Below, piece after piece: positions 9,580-19,460 of a stretch of DNA of 64,000 bases. Numbering within the stretch: the stretch's first letter is position 1; each line of letters begins with the position of its first letter. The notes under the pieces were generated by a model. The model saw only the letters and a program-made list of their open reading frames with translations, was not told where the DNA came from and did not search any database. Both the position numbers and the translations under genes were made by a program. The DNA is taken from contig CAVTCS010000003.1 of assembly GCA_963733295.1 (NCBI GenBank), forward strand, positions 1,024,001 through 1,088,000. The letters are read 5' to 3'. This DNA comes from Vulcanimicrobiota bacterium (GTDB lineage: Bacteria > Vulcanimicrobiota > Vulcanimicrobiia > Vulcanimicrobiales > Vulcanimicrobiaceae).

Positions 9580-11189
9580 GGTGCGATCGCGACCGCTCGA
9601 ACTGCGGGGCTCACTTGTGCGGCGAAGCGCTCGAAGTTCTTCGCAAAGAGTTCTGCGAGCTTCGTCGCTTGCACGTCGTAGGCTGCGGCATCGCTCCAGG
9701 CATTGCGGGGGTTTAGCACGCCGTCGGGAACGCCGGGCACGCTTCGTGGAATCGCCAAGCCGAAGAACGGTTCGACGTCGTATTCGACGTTAGCCAACGA
9801 ACCGTCGAGAGCGGCGTTCACCATGGCGCGCGTGTGCTGGATCGACATGCGCTTTCCGACGCCGTATCCACCACCGCTCCAGCCGGTGTTGACAAGCCAG
9901 CACGACACGTGGTGTTGGGCGATGCGTTCGCCGAGCAACTTCGCGTAGACGGTCGGATGGTGAACCATGAACGGCGCCCCGAAACACGTCGAGAAGGTCG
10001 CGACCGGCTCGTTCACACCGCGCTCGGTACCGGCCACCTTCGCCGTGTATCCCGAGAGGAAGTGATACATCGCCTGTTCGGGTGAGAGTCGCGAGATCGG
10101 CGGCAGGACGCCGAACGCATCCGCCGTCAACATGAGGATCGTGCGCGCGTGACCCGCCGCAAGGCCGGGCACAACGTTGGGATTGAATTCGATCGGATAC
10201 GCCGAACGCGTGTTTTCCGTCTTCGTCTCGGAGTTAAGATCGAGCTGGCGCGTGATGGGATCGACCGGAACGTTCTCGACGATCGTACCGAAGCGATGCG
10301 ACGCAGCCCAGATCTCGGGTTCGGCCTTTTGGGAAAGCCGGATGACTTTTGCGTAGCATCCGCCTTCGAAGTTGAAGACGCCGTCGGACGACCAGCCATG
10401 CTCGTCATCACCGATCAAAGGTCTGCTCGAATCTGCCGACAGCGTGGTCTTGCCGGTACCCGAAAGGCCGAAGAAGATGGCGACGTCGCCCTCCCGGCCG
10501 ACGTTGGCGCCGCTGTGCATCGGCAACACGCCTCGCAGCGGCATCAAATAGTTCATGATCGTGAAGACCGACTTTTTGATTTCGCCGGCATAGCGGGTAC
10601 CGCCGATCAAAACGATCCGTCGCGCGAAGTTGATCAGGACGAACGTACCGCTACGAGTTCGGTCGCGCACCGGATCGGCGCTGAAGCGCGCGGCGTCGAC
10701 GACGGTGAACTCCGGTGCGAAATCTTCCGGCAGAGCGTGCGGATTCAAAAACAGGTTGTGCGCGAAGAGACTGTGCCAGGCTTCTTCGGTTACGATGCGG
10801 ATCGGCAGACGATAACGCGGATCGGCTCCGACGTAGGTGTCGAGCACGTAGACCTCGCGCCCGCGCAGATAGGCGGAGACGCGCTCGAAAAGTGCGTCGA
10901 AGACCGATTCGTCGACGGGACGATTGGTCTCGCCCCAATCGATCTGCCCTTCGCTCGAGGATTCTTTGACGAAAAACTTGTCCTTCGGCGAACGCCCGGT
11001 GTGCTGGCCCGTCTCGACGACGAGCTGGCCGTCGGCTCCCAATGCGCCTTCCTCGCGCTCGAGCGCCGCTTCGTAAAGTGCGGCGACGGACAAGTTGTGG
11101 CGTACGGTGCCGAGCTCTCGTACCCCCAACTCTTCGAGCTGCGAACGGAGAGCTTCGTGGTTTGCCTGGTCGGGAAGCGTTAGGATGAT
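9576..11189 (-). CDS. pckA: Phosphoenolpyruvate carboxykinase (ATP); start either ATC 11189 or TTG 11129
   Basis: [46 protein letters not shown]. Confidence 0.96.
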   Translation of the reverse strand: MILTLPDQANHEALRSQLEELGVRELGTVRHNLSVAALYEAALEREEGALGADGQLVVETGQHTGRSPKDKFFVKESSSEGQIDWGETNRPVDESVFDALFERVSAYLRGREVYVLDTYVGADPRYRLPIRIVTEEAWHSLFAHNLFLNPHALPEDFAPEFTVVDAARFSADPVRDRTRSGTFVLINFARRIVLIGGTRYAGEIKKSVFTIMNYLMPLRGVLPMHSGANVGREGDVAIFFGLSGTGKTTLSADSSRPLIGDDEHGWSSDGVFNFEGGCYAKVIRLSQKAEPEIWAASHRFGTIVENVPVDPITRQLDLNSETKTENTRSAYPIEFNPNVVPGLAAGHARTILMLTADAFGVLPPISRLSPEQAMYHFLSGYTAKVAGTERGVNEPVATFSTCFGAPFMVHHPTVYAKLLGERIAQHHVSCWLVNTGWSGGGYGVGKRMSIQHTRAMVNAALDGSLANVEYDVEPFFGLAIPRSVPGVPDGVLNPRNAWSDAAAYDVQATKLAELFAKNFERFAAQVSPAVRAVAIAP

Positions 11190-11334
11190 CGTGTACCTCG
11201 AGCGGGTGGCCGGGAAACTTTCTTTCCGGCTTCCTCTTTACCCGCCATCCCGTCGGAAAAGCGACGGCGAGAGCGCTCCGCGTGACGTCGCGCCGAAAGG
11301 GCGTCCGCTCTCACACGGGCGAATCGGCGTTGGA

Positions 11335-12519
11335 ATGAGGCGGCACTTGGGCCAGACGATCGCGTGCGTGGCACTCTTCGCGCTGACGCTTCCGGCGATC
11401 GCCGCCGACGACCGGATCCCGGTCGGCGTACTACCGGCCGGGGCTCTCGACGCGCTGACCGACGTGCCCGGAGTGATGGTCGGGCAGATAACGAAAATCG
11501 AGGGTGCGGCGGGTCCTCTCGTGCCCGGGAAAGGTCCGGTCCGAACCGGCGTGACCGCCATCTTGCCAAACGGCGATATTTGGAACCACCGGGTCGCCGC
11601 TGCGACTTACGTCTTGAACGGAAACGGCGAGATGACCGGCACTCACTGGATCGATGAGGCCGGCTTTCTCGAGGCGCCGATCGCGCTGACGAACACGCTC
11701 GACGTCGGGCGTGTCGACGACGGCGTCATCGAGTGGATGCTCAAGCGCTATCCAAACCTCGGCGTCCACGACGACGTACCGCTGCCGGTCGTCGCGGAGT
11801 GCGACGATCAGGGACTCAACGACATCCAGGGGCGGCACGTTACTGCGAGCGATGCAGTCGCGGCGCTCGACGCGGCTCGCGTCGGTTCTTTTCCGCGCGG
11901 CGACGTCGGGGCCGGCACCGGCATGCATGCCTTTGGATTTAAGGGCGGCATCGGAACCGCTTCGCGAGTCGTTTCGAAGGCGAGCGGCGGCTACACCGTG
12001 GGAGTACTCGTGAACGCGAACACCGGTTCGCGCGCCGAATTGCAGATCGACGGCGTCCCGGTAGGTCGCTTACTGCAACACGAGTATCTGCCGGTCTTCC
12101 CGCATCCGGCCGCGCTGCGCAACACCGGCCGGGCGGCCGACGGCAGCATCATCGTGGTGCTCGCGACCGATGCGCCGCTCGACGCGCGTCAACTGCGCGA
12201 GCTGCTGAAGCGCGCGGTTTTGGGGCTCGGCCGGACCGGACTCACCTCGCACGTTTCGAGTGGCGATCTGCTCGTTGCTTTTAGCACGACCCGCATCTAT
12301 GCGCGCAATACGTCGGGTACGCCGCCGGCTCAAATCCTAGCCGACGAGGACGCCCTCGATGCGCTCTTCGCGGCGACCGCCGAGGCGAGCGAGGCGGCCG
12401 TCGTCGACGCGTTGCTCTCGGCACGCACGCTGTCGGGTGCGCGAGGCCTCACGTTGTACGGGCTTCCGGCGGCGCGGGTCCGCGAACTCCTGAAGAACGC
12501 GAGCGCGCTCAGCCGGTAG
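11335..12519 (+). CDS. Secreted P1/S58 (DmpA-like) aminopeptidase
   Basis: Signal peptide; LTDVPGV.VG, RTGVTAILP, NGNGEMTG, VGAGTGM, autocleavage DG|SIIVV. Confidence 0.9.
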   Translation: MRRHLGQTIACVALFALTLPAIAADDRIPVGVLPAGALDALTDVPGVMVGQITKIEGAAGPLVPGKGPVRTGVTAILPNGDIWNHRVAAATYVLNGNGEMTGTHWIDEAGFLEAPIALTNTLDVGRVDDGVIEWMLKRYPNLGVHDDVPLPVVAECDDQGLNDIQGRHVTASDAVAALDAARVGSFPRGDVGAGTGMHAFGFKGGIGTASRVVSKASGGYTVGVLVNANTGSRAELQIDGVPVGRLLQHEYLPVFPHPAALRNTGRAADGSIIVVLATDAPLDARQLRELLKRAVLGLGRTGLTSHVSSGDLLVAFSTTRIYARNTSGTPPAQILADEDALDALFAATAEASEAAVVDALLSARTLSGARGLTLYGLPAARVRELLKNASALSR

Positions 12520-12533
12520 GTGCGCCGGCGGCG

Positions 12534-13835
12534 CTATGCGGCGAAGTGGTTTTTCGTGGGCGAGGCCGGTGCCGTCGTGGGTGTTTGCTGCGAGAAGTCG
12601 GGCGTAATGAAGAGCGGCTTCATCGTGAGAATCGCGTCGACCGAATCGTCGCCGACCGTGAGGTGGCAGAGCGCTTGGTTGCGGTTCATCGAGAACAGTG
12701 AGGTCGTTTCGATACGGTTGCTATTGTGCTTCGTCGCGCGATCGAGCGTGTTCAGCGTCTCGTCGTCGTCGGTCTTGTAGAAGATCTTCTGCGTGAAGTT
12801 CTGCAGCGCCGCGTCGACGTGGTGGCGCGGGAGTACCGAGTAGAGCGAGGAGACGCCTTGCGTGGTTGCGAGCACCATGCAGCCTGCCGAGCGGATGACC
12901 CCGAGCGACTGGATGTCTGACTCGGAGATACACAGCTGGTACTCGTCGACGCCGAAGACGACCGGACGCGTTTGGTCGAGCGAGGGATCCGAACGCCGGT
13001 TCTCGAGCGCGGTGAAGAAACGCCGCTTGGCGAGCGTGTAGATCGCTTGCGCCGCACGCTCGTAGCGCGAGCGCGGGACGTGCAGAACGATGACCTTCCC
13101 GGTGAAGACCGACTCAACCGAGACGAGGTTGTGCTTGCGCGCGAAGGTCTTAGAGATTTGAACGTCGCGCAGCGGTTCGAGAAGCTGCGAGACCGCGAAC
13201 TGCACCGCGCGGCGCGTCTCGGGCGTGAACTGCAGGTAGCGCGTATCCTCGTACGACATCGCTTCGCGGATCGTCCAAGCTTCGTCTGAATTATGGTCGA
13301 GGCCACGCAAACGTTCGCTCGCCTGGATACGAACCATTGCCGCGAACTTGTCGTCGAAGCAGTACGACGTCAAATGCTCGAAGGTGTAGTACTGCGTTCC
13401 CGCGGCGCGTAGCATGCGCAGCGCGTTCTTCATCCGGGCAACCGCTGCATCGATCCAGGTCTTCGCGTCTTCGCCGATGCGCCCGAACGTGTCGCGAAAG
13501 TACATCGCGTCGACATCGGGGCTGCCGCTGAGCAAGTCGAGGCCGACGGCACTTCCCGGCTCTATCACCAGACACTCGCGTCCGGCCCGGCGCGCGATCT
13601 CGACGGCCTCACCGACGGCTTCGGCCTTTGCGGCGATGACGAAGGCGCCCGCACCCAACCGGCCCAGCATGTCGGTCAACATCGGGTTGAACGAGCGCGT
13701 CGTCTTCCCGGAACCTGAATTGCCGAAAATGATCGTGTGCCGGCACAGGTCGTCGATCCCGAAGGTGACCTGCCGCTCGGGCGTCCCGAGCGTAATGGTG
13801 CGCTGTCCGTAAGACTGCGTCTGCTGTGCGTCCAT
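12534..13835 (-). CDS. VirD4/TraD/HerA-FtsK superfamily P-loop ATPase without membrane anchor
   Basis: RHTIIFGNSGSGKT (Walker A), VVFGVDEYQ (Walker B), RSAGCMVLATTQ. Confidence 0.82.
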   Translation of the reverse strand: MDAQQTQSYGQRTITLGTPERQVTFGIDDLCRHTIIFGNSGSGKTTRSFNPMLTDMLGRLGAGAFVIAAKAEAVGEAVEIARRAGRECLVIEPGSAVGLDLLSGSPDVDAMYFRDTFGRIGEDAKTWIDAAVARMKNALRMLRAAGTQYYTFEHLTSYCFDDKFAAMVRIQASERLRGLDHNSDEAWTIREAMSYEDTRYLQFTPETRRAVQFAVSQLLEPLRDVQISKTFARKHNLVSVESVFTGKVIVLHVPRSRYERAAQAIYTLAKRRFFTALENRRSDPSLDQTRPVVFGVDEYQLCISESDIQSLGVIRSAGCMVLATTQGVSSLYSVLPRHHVDAALQNFTQKIFYKTDDDETLNTLDRATKHNSNRIETTSLFSMNRNQALCHLTVGDDSVDAILTMKPLFITPDFSQQTPTTAPASPTKNHFAA

Positions 13836-13870
13836 GAACTCCGTCTCTAGCCTAGCCAGGCCTAGGCTCT

Positions 13871-13897
13871 ACATCGACTTTCCCCAGATAAAATTGA
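13871..13897 (-). promoter_or_regulatory. Putative sigma28 (FliA/SigD/WhiG)-type promoter
   Basis: TCAA-N15-GTCGATGT on minus strand vs consensus TAAA-N15-GCCGATAA, 35 bp before the ATPase ATG. Confidence 0.55.
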
Positions 13898-14016
13898 GCA
13901 CGCCGCCTTGATTGCCTGCACTCGAGACTCCCCAGATCCGCCCGTAGCCGGGTGGATGCAATCACATTTACGTCCGAAGTTCGAACGCTTGCTCGGTTGG
14001 TCCGATCCGGGAGAAC

Positions 14017-14958
14017 CTACGCGGGGGCGAGGTCGTGCGCCGACAGGATTTTATTGGGCGAGATGACGTGGCGTTTCATGCCGAGACTCCCTGCGTCCAC
14101 ACCGAGCGCGAGCGCGACGAGCTGCGGCAAGTGGAACGTCGGCAGATCGGTGCGACCCCAGCGGGCCGCCGAGTCGGCTTGATATCCGTCGAGCGCGAGA
14201 TGGCAGAGCGGGCACGGGGTGAGGACGGCCTCGGCTCCTTTGTCCTTCGCCATTCGCATGTTCTGCCCGACCATGTTGGCAGCGATCCCGTCTTTTTCGA
14301 GCTGCACGTGAAAGCCGCAGCAACGCGTCTTGCCGGCGTAGTCGACGGCTTCACCGCCGAGCGCTTCGATCAAGTCTTCGAGCGAGTGCGGATTGCGCGA
14401 CGACTCCCAGCCGTTGACGCTCTCGGGCCGGATGATGTGGCAACCATAGAACGGTGCGACTTTCAGGCCGTTGAGCGGTTTTTGGACCATCGAGCGAAGC
14501 GCGTCTAGGCCGATGTCGTCGATTAGCAGCCAGAGCAAATGCCGTACCGAGACGCTGCCTTGATACGACGCGTTGAACTTGCCGAGAATGGCGTTGGCCT
14601 GTTCCATGCGCGATTCGTCTTCGAGCAGCTCTTTGTTTGCAGCGCGCATGTGGCCGGTACAGGTCGAGCAAATCGTGATCACGTCGTCTAAGCCGAGCGC
14701 TTCGGCCTGCGCGTACGTGCGTGCGTTGAGCACCCGCGCGACGTCGCGATTGACGTCGTTGAGGACCGAAGCGCCGCAGCACGATGCCGCGGTGAGCTCG
14801 ATCAGTTCGATCCCGAGTTTGTCGGCGAGCAGCATCGTCGAGTTGAAGAGTTCGGTGCACGATTCTTTGGCGACGCAGCCCGGGAAGAACCCGTACCGTT
14901 TGCTTTGGGCGGACTTGGAGCGCGCCTTCGCGGGCGCGGTTGCGGTTGCGGCAGTCAC
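14017..14958 (-). CDS. CCG-domain (HdrB/SdhE-like) Fe-S subunit
   Basis: FFPGC, SCCGA...CSTC, FYGCH, RCCG...CPLC: two CCG motifs. Confidence 0.92.
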   Translation of the reverse strand: MTAATATAPAKARSKSAQSKRYGFFPGCVAKESCTELFNSTMLLADKLGIELIELTAASCCGASVLNDVNRDVARVLNARTYAQAEALGLDDVITICSTCTGHMRAANKELLEDESRMEQANAILGKFNASYQGSVSVRHLLWLLIDDIGLDALRSMVQKPLNGLKVAPFYGCHIIRPESVNGWESSRNPHSLEDLIEALGGEAVDYAGKTRCCGFHVQLEKDGIAANMVGQNMRMAKDKGAEAVLTPCPLCHLALDGYQADSAARWGRTDLPTFHLPQLVALALGVDAGSLGMKRHVISPNKILSAHDLAPA

Positions 14959-15911
14959 GCGACGGGTACCTCCAGAGTTTCGAAGACGGTGCGGACCTCG
15001 CCGACCTTGTCGATCGGATGCAAGAAGAGCGGCGGAATCTTGCCTCGAGCCGCCATGCGCAGACCGAGCGGCGCGACCTTCAGCAGGCCGCGAATGTTGA
15101 ACCGCCCGACCGTTCCGACGATCACTTCATTTTCGTTGAGCATCCCGCTCTGCTTGATGGTTTTCGCGACGACCAGCGCGTGGCGCGGTCCGGCGGCGTT
15201 CGTCAGGCCGGCTTGGACGGTTGCGCGCTTCGTGTCGATGATCCGGTCGTGCGGTTCGACGTGCTTGGGACAGTACGAGCAGGCGTAGCAATGCGCGCAG
15301 AGCCAAAGGTAATCGTCGGAAATCTGAGCGAGGCGTTCGTTGCGTTTGTCGTCGCGGACGTCTTCGATGAAGCGGTAGGCGTACGAGATCGCCGCGGGTC
15401 CGGCGAACGACGGATCGACGCTCACGACCGGGCAGAGGGCGTAGCAGGTCGCGCACATGACGCAGTTCGCGACCGCGACCAGCTTGCGCATGTCCTCGGG
15501 TGAAACGCGCCGTTCGCGCTCGTGATCCTGGTCGCGATCCTTCGGTTGCAGGTACGGCTTGAGGCGCGAGTACTTGTCCCAAAACGGGTCCATGTGGACG
15601 ACCATGTCCTTCATGGGCGCGAAATTCGGCATCGGGTCGATCTTGATCGAGCGGTCTCGGCGCAGGACGGTCGAGATCGGAGTCTTGCAGGCGAGACCGG
15701 TGACGCCGTTGATGTTCATCGAGCAAGAACCGCAAATTGCCGAACGGCACGAGCGTCGAAACGTAATCGAGCCGTCGACTTCCGCCTTGGCGTATTCGAG
15801 TGCGTCGAGGACCGTCGAGGTCTCGGGAAAATCGATATCGACGCGGTCGCGGTGCGGTTCGGCGTCGACGGCCTGATCGTAGCGGAAGAGATCGAGGGTT
15901 ATCGTGGCCAT
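14955..15911 (-). CDS. sdhB: Succinate dehydrogenase/fumarate reductase Fe-S subunit with HdrC-like C-terminal extension
   Basis: RRSCRSAICGSC..LAC, CVMCATCYALCP, CAHCYACSYCP. Confidence 0.93.
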   Translation of the reverse strand: MATITLDLFRYDQAVDAEPHRDRVDIDFPETSTVLDALEYAKAEVDGSITFRRSCRSAICGSCSMNINGVTGLACKTPISTVLRRDRSIKIDPMPNFAPMKDMVVHMDPFWDKYSRLKPYLQPKDRDQDHERERRVSPEDMRKLVAVANCVMCATCYALCPVVSVDPSFAGPAAISYAYRFIEDVRDDKRNERLAQISDDYLWLCAHCYACSYCPKHVEPHDRIIDTKRATVQAGLTNAAGPRHALVVAKTIKQSGMLNENEVIVGTVGRFNIRGLLKVAPLGLRMAARGKIPPLFLHPIDKVGEVRTVFETLEVPVA

Positions 15912-17590
15912 CAGTACGTTCTCACCGTCGGCTGCCATTTGGTAAACGTGACTTTGCGATCGTAGTCGATTTTCGGATCGCCCCCCGTGTAGTTGAAGCG
16001 GGAGTGCACGAGCCATTTCTCGTCGTCCCGGTCGGGGAAGTCGGTACGGGCCTGGGCCCCGCGGGACTCCGTGCGGCTGAGCGCACCGTGAGCGATCGCT
16101 TGCGCGATGTCGACGAGGAATTCCGTCTCGAGCATGCCGACCAGATCCGTGTTGAAGGTCTTCGACTTGTCCATGACCGTCATCGTCTTCGCAGCCTCTC
16201 GGACTTTGCGCAGTTCGTCGATCGCGACCCCGAGTCCCGTTGCATCCCGGAAGATGAAAACGTTCTCCGACATCGCGGCGTTCATCGCTTTGCGAACGTG
16301 CGAGTGACGCTCGCCGCCCGAGCGCGTCAAAATTCCGTCGATCCGCTCCTGCTCCGCTTTCAGCGTGCGCTCGGAACGGCGCACGGTGCCCTGACTCTTG
16401 ATGTAGTCGATCGCGTGACGGGCCGAGCGGGAGCCGAATACGATCGTCTCCAGCAGCGAATTACCGCCGAGCCGGTTCGCACCATGGACGCTGACGCAGG
16501 CGCACTCGCCGGCGGCGTACACGCCGGGAATTTTCGTCTGGCCGAATTTGTCGGTCTCGATGCCGCCCATCGCGTAGTGCATGCCGGGCAGGATCGGAAT
16601 CGGGGCGTCGATCGCATCGAGACCGGTCGCGTCGAGGGCGAGTTCGCGGATCTGCGGCAGGCGCTCGAGGATCTTTTCGCGTCCGAGGTGACGCAGGTCG
16701 AGGAACACGCAGCCATCGACGCCGCGACCCTCGAGGATCTCGGTCCACTCTGCGCGCGAAACGACGTCGCGCGAGGCCAGCTCGCCTTTGTTCGGTGCGT
16801 ACTTGAACATGAAGCGCTCGCCGTCTTTATTCAAGAGGTAGGCGCCTTCGCCGCGAGCGGCTTCGGAAAGCAGCACGCCGTTGACTTTGAGCGAGGTGGG
16901 GTGAAACTGCACGAACTCCATATCCATCAGCGGGATGCCCGCGCGATATGCGATCGCCGTCCCGTCGCCGGTCGAGGCGTAGCCGTTCGTGGTCTTGGCG
17001 TACACTCGGCCGAGACCGCCGGTCGCGAAGATCGTCGCTTTGGCTGAAACGAGTTCGAGCTCACCGGTGCGTATGTTGTAGGCCACGACGCCGGCGCCGA
17101 CGCCGTCCTCGACGCAGAGCGCGGTGGCGAAATATTCCTCGTAGACTTTAACGCCGAAACGTTCGAGCTGCTCCCACAGCGTGTGCAGGATGACCAAACC
17201 GGTCACGTCGGCGGAGTAACAGGTTCGCGGCGACCCGGCGCCGCCGAACGGCCGCTGCGCGATGCGCCCGTCGGGAAGTCGCGAGAAGATGCACCCGCGA
17301 TGCTCGAGCCAGACGATCTGGCGCGGCGCGTCGTCGGCCATCGCTTCGATGGCGTCCTGGTCGCCGAGATAGTCGGAACCTTTGACGCAGTCGAAGGCGT
17401 GGTTTTCCGGCGAGTCGTCTTCGCGGTTGCCGAGCGCGGCGTTAATGCCACCTTGTGCCGCGCCTGAGTGGCTGCGCACCGGGTGCATTTTGGAAACGAT
17501 CGCCACGTCGGCGCCCGCTTCGGCCGCCTCGACCGCAGCCCGCATTCCGGCTAGTCCGCCGCCGACGACCACGACATCGTGCTCGATCAA
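15911..17590 (-). CDS. sdhA: Succinate dehydrogenase/fumarate reductase flavoprotein
   Basis: [43 protein letters not shown]. Confidence 0.95.
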   Translation of the reverse strand: MIEHDVVVVGGGLAGMRAAVEAAEAGADVAIVSKMHPVRSHSGAAQGGINAALGNREDDSPENHAFDCVKGSDYLGDQDAIEAMADDAPRQIVWLEHRGCIFSRLPDGRIAQRPFGGAGSPRTCYSADVTGLVILHTLWEQLERFGVKVYEEYFATALCVEDGVGAGVVAYNIRTGELELVSAKATIFATGGLGRVYAKTTNGYASTGDGTAIAYRAGIPLMDMEFVQFHPTSLKVNGVLLSEAARGEGAYLLNKDGERFMFKYAPNKGELASRDVVSRAEWTEILEGRGVDGCVFLDLRHLGREKILERLPQIRELALDATGLDAIDAPIPILPGMHYAMGGIETDKFGQTKIPGVYAAGECACVSVHGANRLGGNSLLETIVFGSRSARHAIDYIKSQGTVRRSERTLKAEQERIDGILTRSGGERHSHVRKAMNAAMSENVFIFRDATGLGVAIDELRKVREAAKTMTVMDKSKTFNTDLVGMLETEFLVDIAQAIAHGALSRTESRGAQARTDFPDRDDEKWLVHSRFNYTGGDPKIDYDRKVTFTKWQPTVRTY

Positions 17591-17609
17591 GCTCGCCCCT
17601 CGAAGTTCG

Positions 17610-17641
17610 TGAAAATTGTTTTCAACGTACAGGTTATAGCA
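17610..17641 (-). promoter_or_regulatory. Extended -10 (TGcTATAAC) for sdhA followed by palindrome TGAAAA-N3-TTTTCA
   Basis: Palindrome 17610-17624; TATAAC at 17638-17633 on minus strand. Confidence 0.45.
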
Positions 17642-17717
17642 CCGCCGAGGATGTCCTTAAAGTACCTACGTCGCACGCTTGTTCGCGTGCGGGGGGAGGC
17701 TTGCGGCGCGGCGGAGG

Positions 17718-19256
17718 CTAGCGGCTGAAGCTGGGCGGCGCGGGAGCGGGCAATTTAATGAGCGTCCCGAGCGAGTTCCATGCCGTCGTCGCCGGTAACA
17801 CCTCGAAACCCGCGTTGCTCCAATGACGCTCGTCGGAGAACGGGACGTTGTCGATCCAGTAGTTCTCCCACGGCGAAGCGTTCTTCAAAGAAGCGAGTTC
17901 GGCGGCCGAGTGCTCGAGCGAATGGGTGAAATAGAGCTTCGCCTGGGCGAACGGCAGGGGCGTGGGCAGGTCGTACTCGCTTAGGCGAACGCCGTTTTCG
18001 AAGATCGCAAAGTGGGATTGGGAGACGAAAAAGTCCCAGCGCTCGCGGTTGTCCAGACCCAGATCGGGGCCCGAGCGAAAACTCTCGTGAAGCGAACCCG
18101 GGCCGCCCAACACTCGCTCGGTAACCGGGACGCCGCCGCGCGTCCCGGCGAACTCGTCGACGAGCAACGGACTGCCAGAGCTGCCCTGCATTTCAAAGAA
18201 GAGGGCGCTCGCGCTTCGGTTCGGCGTCCCGGTCCAGGCCGGCGAGATCAGCGGATCGGTCGCCGGAGCCAGGTCGAGGCTGAGCGTGCGCCGGCTCGAC
18301 AAGTGCGAATCGACCTCGAACGTTGCGTGGAGGATGCGGCCACCCGAGAAGTCGGCAGTCGCATTCGGCACCAGCGCGAGGGATGCTCGCGCGGCGCGCG
18401 CGGACGGATTGGCTCGAGCGGTCGACTGATCGAAGAGCACGTCGTTGAACTGTCCGCCCGCGATGAACGCGCTCGTGTTTGCGACGTCGGCGTTGTCGAC
18501 GAGTATCGTCCAGCTATCCGGCGGCCGGCCGAGCGTGAAGGTTTCGCTACCGGCGATCGGGTCGGCCGGGACGATGCGGTTGAGCGTCGTGGCTTCCTCG
18601 GCGGCGAAGCCGTCGAAGAAGATCTGGCCGGCGGCCGAAGTCGACGGCAAAGCGGGGATTGTGGTTCCCGATACCGTGAACGGCGCCGACCGGGCGATCA
18701 GGCCCGGGACGTTGCTCGGACAGCCGCGCCCGTTGCTTGCGACGACGCCGTTCGAAGCCGGTCCGGTGTCACCGCCCGGGACGAACGTCGCCGCTTCGAG
18801 CTGATCCACAGTAGCCGGCGCCCGCACCGCGGACACGGGCAGGGCGCATCCCTGGGGCAAGGGTGGATCGAAACCGCTGACGGCGGTGGCGGGAAAAGGT
18901 CCGAGGTGGTCGACGGCTTCGACGACGAGGGTCGCGCGCCGCCCGGGAGCGAGGCCATTCCACTGGATTTGCAGGCTCGGCACCAGTTGCGATTTGCGCG
19001 ACTGCGCCTGCACGAGCCCCGCGTACTTCATATGAGTGGGGTCGGAAGCGTCGTAGACGCGATAGTCGGCCGCGCCGGGTACGGCGTCGAAACCGACCGT
19101 CGCGCTCGACGTCCCGGACGCGACGTTGCGTACGACCAGGACCGAAGGCGCGTCCACGCTTGACGGCGGGGAAGCCGGGCCAAACGAGGAGAGGGCCCCG
19201 CCCGAGCAGGCGGAGACGGCGAAGACGACGAGCCCTAAGAGTCCTAGCCGTTTCAT
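17718..19256 (-). CDS. Hypothetical lipoprotein (beta-rich, FN3-like start)
   Basis: MKRLGLLGLVVFAVSA|C lipobox; FDAVPGAADYRVY. Confidence 0.75.
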   Translation of the reverse strand: MKRLGLLGLVVFAVSACSGGALSSFGPASPPSSVDAPSVLVVRNVASGTSSATVGFDAVPGAADYRVYDASDPTHMKYAGLVQAQSRKSQLVPSLQIQWNGLAPGRRATLVVEAVDHLGPFPATAVSGFDPPLPQGCALPVSAVRAPATVDQLEAATFVPGGDTGPASNGVVASNGRGCPSNVPGLIARSAPFTVSGTTIPALPSTSAAGQIFFDGFAAEEATTLNRIVPADPIAGSETFTLGRPPDSWTILVDNADVANTSAFIAGGQFNDVLFDQSTARANPSARAARASLALVPNATADFSGGRILHATFEVDSHLSSRRTLSLDLAPATDPLISPAWTGTPNRSASALFFEMQGSSGSPLLVDEFAGTRGGVPVTERVLGGPGSLHESFRSGPDLGLDNRERWDFFVSQSHFAIFENGVRLSEYDLPTPLPFAQAKLYFTHSLEHSAAELASLKNASPWENYWIDNVPFSDERHWSNAGFEVLPATTAWNSLGTLIKLPAPAPPSFSR

Positions 19257-19460
19257 CTTTACAAGACAGAAGAGGAGGGAGCGCAAGGAGCCGTTGTCTC
19301 AGGAATTCGGCTGACCGGCCCGGAAACCCAAGCTTGGAAGCGTCGATGAGCGGCACTGCCGCAGATGTGTGACCCGCAGCGCGCATTCGACGGAAGCGGC
19401 GCCCGGAAGCCGGTCGCCCAGACGGAGGTAGCCCGGCCCGCATCCCCAAACCCGGGCCAC

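Noticed and set aside
12534..13835. Conjugative element around the VirD4-like gene
   Set aside because: No relaxase, VirB4, integrase or boundary repeats; flanks are housekeeping genes
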